Below are positions 37,580-46,266 of a DNA stretch of 48,925 nt, piece after piece. Below the pieces are notes generated by a model that ran no database searches, had not been told where the DNA came from, and saw nothing but the letters and a program-made list of their open reading frames with translations. Positions within the stretch are counted from its first letter, which is position 1; each line of letters starts with the position of its first letter. Source of the DNA: a virus (Duplodnaviria > Heunggongvirae > Uroviricota > Caudoviricetes); IMG/VR virus record IMGVR_UViG_3300045988_151382; one strand, 5' to 3'. Both the position numbers and the translations under genes were made by a program.

Positions 37580-37622
37580 TATATAATTATAGTTTTATAG
37601 ATTTATATAAGAGAGGATACAC

Positions 37623-37871
37623 ATGGCCGCACCATCAAAACCACCAAAGAAGAACAGCAAAGGCGTACCGCCATCGATCGAACAACCGCAGGTTTTCGAC
37701 CCGACTGAAACGCCAGCCAGAACCAAATCAGGTGGGGCACAAATGGCGTTTAACGTCGACCCTGAATTTAAACGCGAGTACAAAACGTTCGCCAGCTCAA
37801 TGGATATGTCATTGAAAGAAGTGCTAACAAAATCTTTTGAGTTACTCAAGGCTCAATACAACCAGAAGTAA
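37623..37871 (+). CDS. ParG-like ribbon-helix-helix partition protein
   Basis: 82 aa; disordered basic N-terminus and C-terminal RHH-like segment; follows the ParA-like gene. Confidence 0.55.
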   Translation: MAAPSKPPKKNSKGVPPSIEQPQVFDPTETPARTKSGGAQMAFNVDPEFKREYKTFASSMDMSLKEVLTKSFELLKAQYNQK

Positions 37872-37900
37872 GAGAAGGTGACGGCCTCCAGCGCCAACTG

Positions 37901-38083
37901 TTGGCCGTAGCGACACAACAAGGGGAATTTGTTATGTCCGAGCAACAATATACACGGTTACTGAAAACTCGTCTAACCGACCTCAAACGGCTGCAAGCTG
38001 GTCGCTTATTTGCCCTGCTATCCACCAGGCCAGCATGGGTACGTGAAGCAGTTCTGAAAGGCTTAATGCGCTCCAGCGTTTAA
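37901..38083 (+). CDS. Hypothetical small protein
   Basis: 60 aa ORF after the par genes. Confidence 0.3.
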   Translation: MAVATQQGEFVMSEQQYTRLLKTRLTDLKRLQAGRLFALLSTRPAWVREAVLKGLMRSSV

Positions 38084-38093
38084 ATTCAACCAT

Positions 38094-38115
38094 AAAAAAG
38101 GCCCCCGAAGGGGCC
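38094..38115 (-). terminator. Rho-independent terminator (minus strand)
   Basis: Stem GGCCCC/GGGGCC with 4-nt loop followed by TTTTTT on the minus strand, just downstream of small ORF 38122..38244. Confidence 0.55.
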
Positions 38116-38121
38116 TAATCG

Positions 38122-38244
38122 CTACTTGCTGCTAATGTTTATCGTCACATTCAGAGCGTTATCAGTAATCTTCCAACCCTCTCCATGTGGCGTAAACAAA
38201 GCTCCAGTAACAACGATAAAAATACACATACAGTATTTTTTCAT
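38122..38244 (-). CDS. Small hydrophobic peptide (about 40 aa)
   Basis: MKKYCMCIFIVVTGALFTPHGEGWKITDNALNVTINISSK from internal Met of ORF 38122..38304; own terminator. Confidence 0.3.
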   Translation of the reverse strand: MKKYCMCIFIVVTGALFTPHGEGWKITDNALNVTINISSK

Positions 38245-38559
38245 TGTATGGCCCTTACAGGCCGTTTCACGGCATCCCCACCGACGAAAACAACGCGAGA
38301 GCAAGCACGGCTGCTTGTGCTTGCATGTACGGCAACGGAGAATCCTCCCCTAAAGTCGGTGCCCGGGTGCGAATCGGCGGGAAGGTCCACAGGTATTTTA
38401 CGATTATTTTAAGATTAGTAATAGGAAAGAAATTAAACGAAAAAACTCGTTTATTTTCACAAAATCAGTAACCTACCCACAATCTGTGAGTTTGCAGGCA
38501 CAACAAGAACCACAATTTTTTGAAGCATAATAGTGGACTATTATTACCTTTTGGGTAAA

Positions 38560-38840
38560 ATTAACTTGCTGCTTGTGCTTGCGTGGTTGTTTATACAACA
38601 ACGTAATGCTGAAAGGACCGCGAATCCGATCAGCACGAAAGAACCGTCCTCAATAGGGCGGTTTTTTTGTTTCTGCCTACCAATAAACCCACGCTATGTG
38701 GTTGTCTCTGTTAAAATCCCGCCGTATTGACATGAATGCGCCATTGGTGGACACTTTCCGAGCCGTAGCAAAATCTACGGTCGGGATTGGAACCCCGTAG
38801 ACACAATGGCGCATACCGCGTTAGCGGTTTTTTTATGCGT
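38560..38840 (+). ncRNA. Candidate regulatory RNA region upstream of the antirepressor operon; two intrinsic terminators
   Basis: Terminators at about 38644..38668 (ACCGTCCT/AGGGCGGT stem then T7) and 38815..38834 (ACCGC/GCGGT stem then T7); no ORF; repeated GATTGGAACC element. Confidence 0.45.
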
Positions 38841-39000
38841 AAAGCACTGCTACACCCAAATTATGGTGGGGCGTGCGGGGGAGTCGTAAGACTCGCCGGT
38901 TCGTCATTGTGTCCGGTAGTTCCAACCCTGCACGTCTCACCACCCAATGATTGGAACCTGACGGTGGTGAGTATCCTTAACCTTTAAGGGAATCATCACA

Positions 39001-39192
39001 ATGACAAACCTACCCCATGACTATTACGTCAACCTCGTAAAGATCCTTCTCAAGAAAGCCTCATACGCCGATAAATTCCGCCTGGCTGAAATCATCGAGC
39101 GCGAAGCTATGCGCATCGCCAGCAACGATAACGCTGTTTCTGTCGCAAAAATCTCCCTCGTAACCAAAGTAGTTATGGGAGGTGCAAAATGA
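39001..39192 (+). CDS. Small protein translationally coupled to antirepressor
   Basis: 63 aa ORF whose stop overlaps the ant ATG (ATGA). Confidence 0.4.
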   Translation: MTNLPHDYYVNLVKILLKKASYADKFRLAEIIEREAMRIASNDNAVSVAKISLVTKVVMGGAK

Positions 39193-40457
39193 AAACGCTT
39201 CCGACCGTTAACACCCTACAGCCTATCCTGCATAACCAAATCCCTGTCATTACTACCGAGTTACTGGCACAGCTTTACGGCGTATCTCCTGTACGCATTC
39301 GACAAAATCATCATGAGAATAAGGAACGCTTCATTGAAGGTAAGCACTACTTCAAAATTGAAGGTAACGAACTTCGAGAGTTAAAGCACAAAGTGACTCA
39401 AGATAATGATGTGAAGAACAAAAACTCTTTAAGAGATTCAGTTAATGACGCCCCCTCTAAAAGAGAGAGCGACGAGCACAGAGTAGTTTTAAACTACTCT
39501 GTTAACCACAAGGTAACTAAAAGTCACTCTGTGAAAATCGCCCGTAACGTTCGCTCCCTCATTCTCTGGACAGAACGCGGGGCTGCACGTCACGCTAAAA
39601 TGCTCGAAACCGATCAGGCATGGGATGTATTCGAACGGCTGGAAGACTGCTACTTCAACCAGAACGCGCAAACGGCCGCGACCGTAACCGTCTCACCAAA
39701 CAATGCTCGTGAGGTTGTCGATACGCTCAACGCTAAACCAATGTATTACGTTAAGGTGTGCAACAACGAGCCACTCACAACCTCAGCCGATGTTGCCCAA
39801 GCATTCAGCACCACAAACAATTCCATCGTTATGGCCATCGATGCGTTACGCATTCCTCGCACGGCTGCGGCGCGTCACTTCTTTAAAGAACAACGACCGC
39901 TGGAAGGAAGCGACCGCGAAATAACAATCTATCGCATGACAAAAGACGGATTTACCTTGCTCATGGAAAGTATCGACGGTCCAGGCGTGAAGGATATCAA
40001 GCTGGCCTACATTGAAGCCTTTAACGCTATCAGCAGCGTGTTAAAGGCAGAATACGAGCGAATGCTATACAACCGACTGTATCAGGAAACAAAGATTATC
40101 CGAACGGCAACAGAACATCATCGGCTATTAACGGAACCAAACTACCGCAAGACACTAATCAAAGAGTTTGACAAGGCGACGGAGAAAACTAAAGCGGCAC
40201 TAAATCTACCAACAATGACTAAAGATGATGTGATATCAGCCTTACTTCTTGATCTGCTCAGAAACGCCAGAGCACTTATCAGTTTTGACGAAAACCTGAA
40301 TCCTCAGCTCAAGCTACTACCACCGACAGGCAAAGTAGTCGACCAAGCAGATCACAACAGCATACTCAGCGTACTGGATGCAAACCTGCCAGCCAGGACA
40401 CTACAGGATCTGATAAAAACATGTGCTGATAAGCTGGCACAGAAAAGCAGACCATAA
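39189..40457 (+). CDS. Antirepressor (ORF6N/KilA-N-type N-terminal domain plus Ant-like C-terminal domain)
   Basis: 422 aa; N-terminal IPVITTELLAQLYGVSPVRIRQNHHENKERFIEGKHYFKIEG resembles ORF6N/Bro-N-type domains. Confidence 0.6.
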   Translation: MKTLPTVNTLQPILHNQIPVITTELLAQLYGVSPVRIRQNHHENKERFIEGKHYFKIEGNELRELKHKVTQDNDVKNKNSLRDSVNDAPSKRESDEHRVVLNYSVNHKVTKSHSVKIARNVRSLILWTERGAARHAKMLETDQAWDVFERLEDCYFNQNAQTAATVTVSPNNAREVVDTLNAKPMYYVKVCNNEPLTTSADVAQAFSTTNNSIVMAIDALRIPRTAAARHFFKEQRPLEGSDREITIYRMTKDGFTLLMESIDGPGVKDIKLAYIEAFNAISSVLKAEYERMLYNRLYQETKIIRTATEHHRLLTEPNYRKTLIKEFDKATEKTKAALNLPTMTKDDVISALLLDLLRNARALISFDENLNPQLKLLPPTGKVVDQADHNSILSVLDANLPARTLQDLIKTCADKLAQKSRP

Positions 40458-40465
40458 CTACAAGG

Positions 40466-40495
40466 GGCTACGGCCCCTTACTCTTTTCTCTCTTA
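40466..40495 (+). terminator. Rho-independent terminator after the antirepressor gene
   Basis: Stem AAGGGGC/GCCCCTT with 4-nt loop followed by a T-rich tract. Confidence 0.5.
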
Positions 40496-41197
40496 TCAAC
40501 ACCAGAGACTTTCTGAAAATCCTTTCGAATAGCGTCAGCATCACGCGCCAAGCCCATACTGGAACGTGTCGCCATATGACGAAAATGATCAACTGCCGGA
40601 AACAAAGAAATAATGGACCCAATAGCTTGCAGCAAACTTGCTTTTCTACGCATCATAATTCCACCATAACCGATAGCCACCCTTCAGACACAACCCCCCC
40701 CTCCCCCCATACAGGGTGCCCTTTACCGGAGTTCCGGCCCCTTCTCAAAAGCATCAAAAAAGCTCGAGATCGAGTACCGGAACTCATGCCACCAGATAGC
40801 TCCACATCGTTTCCAATGCTTCGCCGCCGTGTGCGCCCTGTGGCCCACAATCATGCCATTGGTCGTCTGATATACCTTCTTCTGCTCATTGAGCACAGGC
40901 GAGTTGTCGCACTCCTGCCTTTCTCAGACTCGACTTAGTTTAGATCGCTGTTCCTGGCTTGCGTCAGCACACTTTCCCCTTGTACGCATACCCGCGCGCC
41001 ACTCCGTCCAAAAACACCGAACCCAACGAAGTGGCAAAGACAACGACGCGAGCGTGAGTCTGAAACAGGCACCAGTAAAAAAGGGGTTGCAGGCGCAAAA
41101 AGATTTGATTATCTTTAGACGCAAGAAAGCCGCCCCAATCAAGAGGTGTCTTTTTAAATCCAGCCTACCAAGCAAGATTTAAATTTCAGACTGAAAA

Positions 41198-41222
41198 CCG
41201 CCCGGCAAGGCGGTTTTTGTCT
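41198..41222 (+). terminator. Rho-independent terminator (plus strand)
   Basis: Stem AACCGCC/GGCGGTT with loop CGGCAA followed by TTTTTG. Confidence 0.5.
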
Positions 41223-41266
41223 TTCTGGCGCTTACATTACACCACCATAAAACGATCCGTAAAGGA

Positions 41267-41539
41267 TCATTTGATCTCTTGTTCCAATTCTGACGACACT
41301 TTAACCTTTTCCCATACAAGGGTTTGCAGCCTTAACAGAATCGCATCTTTATCAAGGTGTGAAAGATCCTTAACCATATCGTCAAATGACAGAACGCGAA
41401 TGGCCATCTCAATGACCCTCGGCGGCTCCCCCTTCTCATATCGCTTATATGTAGCCAACGATATCCCAAATTCTTCGGCGGCTCGCTCCTGCGTCCAGTT
41501 CATCCCACGACGCCATAATTTCAATTCATAACCCGTCAT
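41267..41539 (-). CDS. XRE-family HTH regulator
   Basis: Start at internal ATG 41539 preceded by GAGGAGGA; sequence LKLWRRGMNWTQERAAEEFGISLATYKRYE is a typical HTH. Confidence 0.6.
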   Translation of the reverse strand: MTGYELKLWRRGMNWTQERAAEEFGISLATYKRYEKGEPPRVIEMAIRVLSFDDMVKDLSHLDKDAILLRLQTLVWEKVKVSSELEQEIK

Positions 41540-41567
41540 AGCATCCTCCTCGCACAATATTAACACT

Positions 41568-41594
41568 CGCAAAGTGTCAAAATGACACTTTGCG
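41568..41594. promoter_or_regulatory. 27-bp perfect palindrome, probable operator
   Basis: CGCAAAGTGTCA-AAA-TGACACTTTGCG, about 30 nt upstream of the HTH gene start. Confidence 0.55.
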
Positions 41595-41602
41595 TATTGT
41601 GT

Positions 41603-41983
41603 TTACTTAACGAGGAATAAAAATGGTTTATTGTTCGGCGGTGTAATCGGAGCTGGCTCGCTTTTGCTCATGCGATCAGTGTACCAGGCCAGCTCCTTGT
41701 CAAAGTAAGCCTGATTAAAATAGGCAATGAATGTAGTTTCAAATCCATAACGACCGCTAATACGCAGCATCTGATTGCCGTTCTCTGTTTCCAGGTATAC
41801 CTGGGCACGTTCCTGATTCTCCTTCAGCCAGGTTAAAGCCTCATCGCACGAGGACACACGATACTCATCATCGTAGCCGTCATCGATGCGGCTTGAAGAA
41901 GAACGGCAAATCACGCCAACAGAACCAGCCAGGATAGTTTGAATTTTAAGGAAAGCGTTTTTGCGGATTTTAATCATGCTCAT
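41603..41983 (-). CDS. Hypothetical protein, first gene after promoter cassette copy 3
   Basis: 126 aa ORF. Confidence 0.4.
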   Translation of the reverse strand: MSMIKIRKNAFLKIQTILAGSVGVICRSSSSRIDDGYDDEYRVSSCDEALTWLKENQERAQVYLETENGNQMLRISGRYGFETTFIAYFNQAYFDKELAWYTDRMSKSEPAPITPPNNKPFLFLVK

Positions 41984-42096
41984 CGGGTTATCTCCGGTTT
42001 AACCAGGGCGGGTATCGCTCGGTTTCGGGCATAACACTAGGAAATATTTTCCCACCTGTAAAGCGCTTTTTATATAAATCTATAATTATATAATTC
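41984..42096 (-). promoter_or_regulatory. Conserved promoter-plus-leader cassette, copy 3
   Basis: Same architecture as the copies at 24442..24553 and 32944..33060. Confidence 0.55.
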
Positions 42097-42104
42097 CATG
42101 AGCA

Positions 42105-42130
42105 CAAAAAAGCCCCTTTGCAACAGGGGC
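42105..42130 (-). terminator. Rho-independent terminator after the toxin-antitoxin pair (minus strand)
   Basis: Stem GCCCCT/AGGGGC followed by TTTTTTGT on the minus strand, 17 nt after the antitoxin stop. Confidence 0.55.
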
Positions 42131-42146
42131 TTATCATTCGTTCTGA

Positions 42147-42446
42147 TCAGATGTTAAACGCTATTCGTTTTCCTGTGGGAAGCTCAACATCCAGGCTTAA
42201 TTTGCCTCCCATAGCTTCAACGTAACGCTTTAATGTCGCCAGCTTTAAATCATTTCCGCGCTGCTCCAGCTTTGTTACTGCTGGCTGGCTTATACCCATC
42301 GCCTCAGCAACCTGCTTTTGTGATAACTGGAGTTCTTCACGCATCATCTGCAAGCCGACCTCAAGAATCATCTCATCTGCCATTTCTTTAATTCGCGCCT
42401 GGCTTTCCGGTGAACGGCTGGCAATCACCTCATCTAATGTTCTCAT
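42147..42446 (-). CDS. HigA-like XRE-family antitoxin
   Basis: 99 aa; HTH LSQKQVAEAMGISQPAVTKLE; directly downstream of toxin-like gene with ATG/stop overlap. Confidence 0.6.
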   Translation of the reverse strand: MRTLDEVIASRSPESQARIKEMADEMILEVGLQMMREELQLSQKQVAEAMGISQPAVTKLEQRGNDLKLATLKRYVEAMGGKLSLDVELPTGKRIAFNI

Positions 42447-42799
42447 TACTTGCTCTCCAGTGTGTTCAGATGTGCTGCAAACTCATCCTCAGCTATACGC
42501 ACCAGTTTTTTATAAAACCGCTTATCGTTACTTTTGTCTCCTGCACAAAGAACGATAGCCCGGCGAATCGGATCGAACGCATAAAAGGCTCTTATCGGAC
42601 GGCCAGAAAACTGAACGCGAAGCTCTTTCATATTTTTGTACCGAGAACCTTTTACGGTATCGGCATATGGCCTGGGTAACTCAGGTCCGTAAACCTGTAG
42701 CTTTTTCAAATCAGCCAAAACCTTTTCCTGAAGAGCGTCTTCTTGCTCATTTAGCCAGTCGTCAAATCGCTGGCTAAAAAGTACCGTCCACATGCTCAA
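42446..42799 (-). CDS. HigB-like (RelE-fold) toxin
   Basis: 117 aa; toxin-first arrangement characteristic of HigBA modules. Confidence 0.5.
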   Translation of the reverse strand: MSMWTVLFSQRFDDWLNEQEDALQEKVLADLKKLQVYGPELPRPYADTVKGSRYKNMKELRVQFSGRPIRAFYAFDPIRRAIVLCAGDKSNDKRFYKKLVRIAEDEFAAHLNTLESK

Positions 42800-43037
42800 T
42801 CCTATAACCTGTAGTTTATATCACTAACTATATAACCTGTGGGTTATAATTTCAAGAAAAACGGGGCCATTTAACATAATGGACGTTATCGGCACCACCG
42901 GATCACCGTTCATTGTCGGATCTAAAAAATCCGCTCAAAAGATCATGTTTTCCTGGGCGTTTTCCACCGTTTTTTATGTTGCTTATTTGTTAATGAAATC
43001 TCGTTTTCAGTTTCGCCTCATTTTCGACACGAAAGCC

Positions 43038-43328
43038 CTATTTTTGTGACTTTACTCCTGGCATATGGACTTCCCAGCGACGAATCCCCATAGCTGCGCA
43101 AAAATCAGCCACATAATTCAATCCCGCCCATTCGCGGATACCACCACGGGCTTTTTCAATGAAAACGGCAATCCCTTTTTTATTGAGAGCAAAAAGCCGC
43201 CAGCTTTTTGTCACTTCGTCCTGGGTAGCCACAACACAAGTGAAAGCTCCCATGCGATACAGGTCCAAGAACTCTTTGCGTGTTTTGCGTACAAGTTCCA
43301 TAACAAGCCTCATATTTGCATGTTTCAA
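43038..43328 (-). CDS. Hypothetical protein
   Basis: 96 aa ORF, coupled to upstream gene. Confidence 0.35.
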   Translation of the reverse strand: MKHANMRLVMELVRKTRKEFLDLYRMGAFTCVVATQDEVTKSWRLFALNKKGIAVFIEKARGGIREWAGLNYVADFCAAMGIRRWEVHMPGVKSQK

Positions 43329-43624
43329 ACATCTGTTTTGTTATCAATGAAGATTAACCCTAACCCAGCGAAGTAACACAGCAGCGCCCAGGCTGCATAC
43401 GGAATGCTGGATCTGGATGTGGACTCCTTTAACATCTGCCAGTTGCGAACATTGCGACTATCTTTTAAGCCTAGTTTTTTGGCCAACTGCGAGCCGCTCA
43501 TTCCGGTCAGGCCAATGACTGCCCGAACTTCTCCACATGTAGGAGATTCCCATTCATCCGCTTTTTTTAAACAAGCCGGATTCAACATTTTTAAAACAGT
43601 ATCTTTATCCATAACCATCTCCAT
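43325..43624 (-). CDS. Putative HTH protein with C-terminal transmembrane helix
   Basis: 99 aa; HTH-like GMSGSQLAKKLG and hydrophobic AAWALLCYFAGLGLIF. Confidence 0.4.
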   Translation of the reverse strand: MEMVMDKDTVLKMLNPACLKKADEWESPTCGEVRAVIGLTGMSGSQLAKKLGLKDSRNVRNWQMLKESTSRSSIPYAAWALLCYFAGLGLIFIDNKTDV

Positions 43625-43979
43625 TTATTATATCTACGATGGTAGGAAATCTTTTCCTATGTGGCAATAGAAATTTACTACATTGCGTATAAGACAAGTT
43701 TTCTATGTCTAATAGAAAATGATGTTTCTTACGTTTTGTCGCGTTCTGATTGCTACTGTGTGCGTATTTATCGACGTTTATTGATAAGGTCCGTCCCTTC
43801 CTCCTGCAAAGCCCGGCCGTAGGCCTTATTTCGGCCTTATATAAATTGATTTTGTATAGTTCGAAACGTGCCGTTTCGAAAAGGATGATCAGGCTGCTCC
43901 ATGCCTCCGGCAAGTGCCGGAGGAGGTATATTTGAGCGTAGCGACTCGAACCGGCGCGAGCTTTAGCTCGCTGCAAGGG

Positions 43980-44255
43980 CGAACATATTCACAGGCAAAG
44001 CCTGCGTAAGTTAAATAAAGAAAGTCTTAATAAAAGAAAGTGATTTTGCATTTATTTGTTTAGTGCATCTATTATAAAAAACCATTTGCATATACATATC
44101 AAAACTGTGGATAACTTTATTAGCCGATGCCTGTAAAGGCGATATTTTTGCTGTGTCCAGGTTTAGAGAAAATTAATTTAGACTATTTTTTGAACAGATA
44201 TTTTATTGCGACGTAGATAATCCTCCGGTAAAACCGGATTCATCATTCAGGTGGG
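43980..44255. other. Candidate plasmid replication origin region with consensus DnaA box
   Basis: AT-rich region immediately downstream of repA; TGTGGATAA (reverse complement TTATCCACA) at about 44106..44114. Confidence 0.5.
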
Positions 44256-45104
44256 TTAATGTTGGAGTGATTTCCAGGTCTTTCTTAGCCTGTTATAACG
44301 CTGCTCAACGAGGGATCGTAAATATGCAAGGTCAGCACCTGGATACATGCCATCAGCAAATTCCTGGCTAACCTCTCTAGTGATTTGATGACGAAGTTCG
44401 GCCTCTCCCTTTTCCCGGACAAGACGCGCAGCTCTCTCCGCTGCTTTCTGTTTTGCCTTTATCTCTCTGGCCGTCTTCCTCTGGCGCCATACATTCTCCA
44501 TCTGCTCCTGAATAACAATACGCTTATAATCAGCCTCCGTTATCGCTTTTTTAAGCCGTTCGCTATTCTTCGCATTGAAGTAATTAAGTTTCTGGCTAAC
44601 CGCACGTCTCCATGCTTGTTCAGTAATACCAACGGTTTCCAGCAGTTGATCACGAATCTCTATTTTCGCTGGCCAATACTGTTTATTCACCCGATCCCAG
44701 CGACGTTCATAATCAATAAAACCTAACGCTTTCAGTTGCGACAACGCCCTTGTACAGCGCGTTATAGACTTGTTCCCAGCTTCGGATACGGTAGACAGGC
44801 CGCAAAAATCAGCCAACGCCTCAGCACTAGCCAGAACCCGCTTAGAAATGATGTTTACATGGTGCAAAATCGCAGCGATCACAGCATTAATCGCCCGACG
44901 ACGATGCTCGTTTATCCGGCGCTTCCGCCCTGACGGTTGATTAACGTAGAACGCAACCTCACACGTAAGATCACGACCATTAATGCGCTGTAAAGCATCA
45001 GATAACACCAGCGGCAGCTTGTGCGTATGGTGCTTTGGAGGCTGGAACTCCGGCGACAAATTACAAACGTAAGCGGAACGTAGAGACGGCATTGGTCTAT
45101 CCAT
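44256..45104 (-). CDS. repA: Replication initiator RepA, IncFII RepA1-like
   Basis: Segment CGLSTVSEAGNKSITRCTRALSQLKALGFIDYE resembles recalled IncFII RepA1 block; start uncertain (ORF open to 45236, internal ATG at 45104). Confidence 0.65.
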   Translation of the reverse strand: MDRPMPSLRSAYVCNLSPEFQPPKHHTHKLPLVLSDALQRINGRDLTCEVAFYVNQPSGRKRRINEHRRRAINAVIAAILHHVNIISKRVLASAEALADFCGLSTVSEAGNKSITRCTRALSQLKALGFIDYERRWDRVNKQYWPAKIEIRDQLLETVGITEQAWRRAVSQKLNYFNAKNSERLKKAITEADYKRIVIQEQMENVWRQRKTAREIKAKQKAAERAARLVREKGEAELRHQITREVSQEFADGMYPGADLAYLRSLVEQRYNRLRKTWKSLQH

Positions 45105-45136
45105 ATGTTCGCTCTTGCGTCCACGGAAAACCAACG

Positions 45137-45229
45137 TATAATGGGAGTTGTCGAGGCGCCCATGGATTGTTGTTGTTGGTTTTCCGTGGATGTCGCAAGA
45201 AGCCCGCAGATTTATCTGCGGGCTTTTTG
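45137..45229 (+). ncRNA. CopA-like antisense RNA candidate opposite the repA leader
   Basis: TTGCGT-N16-TATAAT promoter, 15-bp inverted repeat CCACGGAAAACCAAC/GTTGGTTTTCCGTGG, then terminator GCCCGCAGA-TTTA-TCTGCGGGC-TTTTT. Confidence 0.5.
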
Positions 45230-45702
45230 TTTCCATATCTGGTCAGTTTCCAACCAGACACCCACAATCATAACCACGTTACGTGGTTTTAAGAGAACTC
45301 TACCACAACACTTTCGGTCATGCACGAAGTCTCTCACTGATCGAACGATAATCCACCAGTAAAAGGATCTAAATTGGATCTCGTTTTGCGAGCATCATAC
45401 TACTGGCCTAACTCCAGTCAATGATTCCCAGCCAGAAACCTGCGGTAAACTCATCGTTCAGCAATATGCTGTCCGGCTTCAAAGATAAGGTGACATCATC
45501 CCTTAACAGCGCGGCCAGTTCAGTTAAAGGGCTGTTCTGATTTAATGCTGGCCACTCATACCTGGTAATAAGTGGTCAGTCTTAACACTCACCATTTGAT
45601 TGCACCCGTGTTGACGATTTGTTACTGGATATCAGACACGCTGGATAGCCAGTAGAAACATACCATTAAAATTATTACAATAATTGGTCACATGATTATC
45701 TT

Positions 45703-46266
45703 ATGCTGAATAATAAAGATATGAATATTAATGAACTTAAAGACTGTATTCACTATGAAGTAATCGGTAGCGAGCGTCCTTTCTCCTGGCGAAAGGCAAT
45801 TGTTCGCGCAATAAAACATAGAAGGGTTCGTTATTTATTTTGGTGGCGCATAGCCAAATACCTTTTTGATAAAGGCGGATACTGTCGGAAGATTGCGGGA
45901 AAAATAGAACGTTTCATTCTTGATAAATATAATGTAACAGTCCCTTTAACTGTAAATATAGGGAAAGGCTTTGATATTTCTTATCTCAACAGTGTTGTTA
46001 TCGGTCACAAAGTAACAATCGGTGAAAATTGTTCAATTAAGCCCGGAGTAACTATTGGACTTCGCGGGGAATTTAATGATATGGATATTGTTATAGGGCA
46101 TAATGTGACCATTGGTTGTAATGCCACCATTCTTGGTGGCAAAGTGCGTATAGGAAACAATGTCACAATAGGTGCTCATGCATTGGTATTGCATGATATT
46201 CCTGATGATTCAACATTCATCACTAAATTTCAGTCTGAAGTTATCTGCTCGTCCTCCCGAACATAA
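45703..46266 (+). CDS. Hexapeptide-repeat (left-handed beta-helix) acyltransferase
   Basis: 187 aa; tandem hexapeptide repeats [21 protein letters not shown]...[34 protein letters not shown]; AT-rich codon usage. Confidence 0.7.
   Translation: MLNNKDMNINELKDCIHYEVIGSERPFSWRKAIVRAIKHRRVRYLFWWRIAKYLFDKGGYCRKIAGKIERFILDKYNVTVPLTVNIGKGFDISYLNSVVIGHKVTIGENCSIKPGVTIGLRGEFNDMDIVIGHNVTIGCNATILGGKVRIGNNVTIGAHALVLHDIPDDSTFITKFQSEVICSSSRT

Noticed and set aside
36785-37612. Interpreting the AT-rich repeats solely as the partition centromere
   Set aside because: The same motif occurs at six other loci far from the par genes, so a centromere-only explanation is insufficient; kept as an open regulatory motif.
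40423-40938. 171-aa plus-strand ORF and overlapping minus-strand ORFs across the poly-C region
   Set aside because: Low-complexity, Pro/Ser/Thr/His-rich translation with no SD; the region is more plausibly non-coding or a decayed gene.
43605-43976. 123-aa minus-strand ORF upstream of the HTH-TM gene
   Set aside because: Overlaps the AT-rich origin-proximal region, has no SD and an implausible composition.
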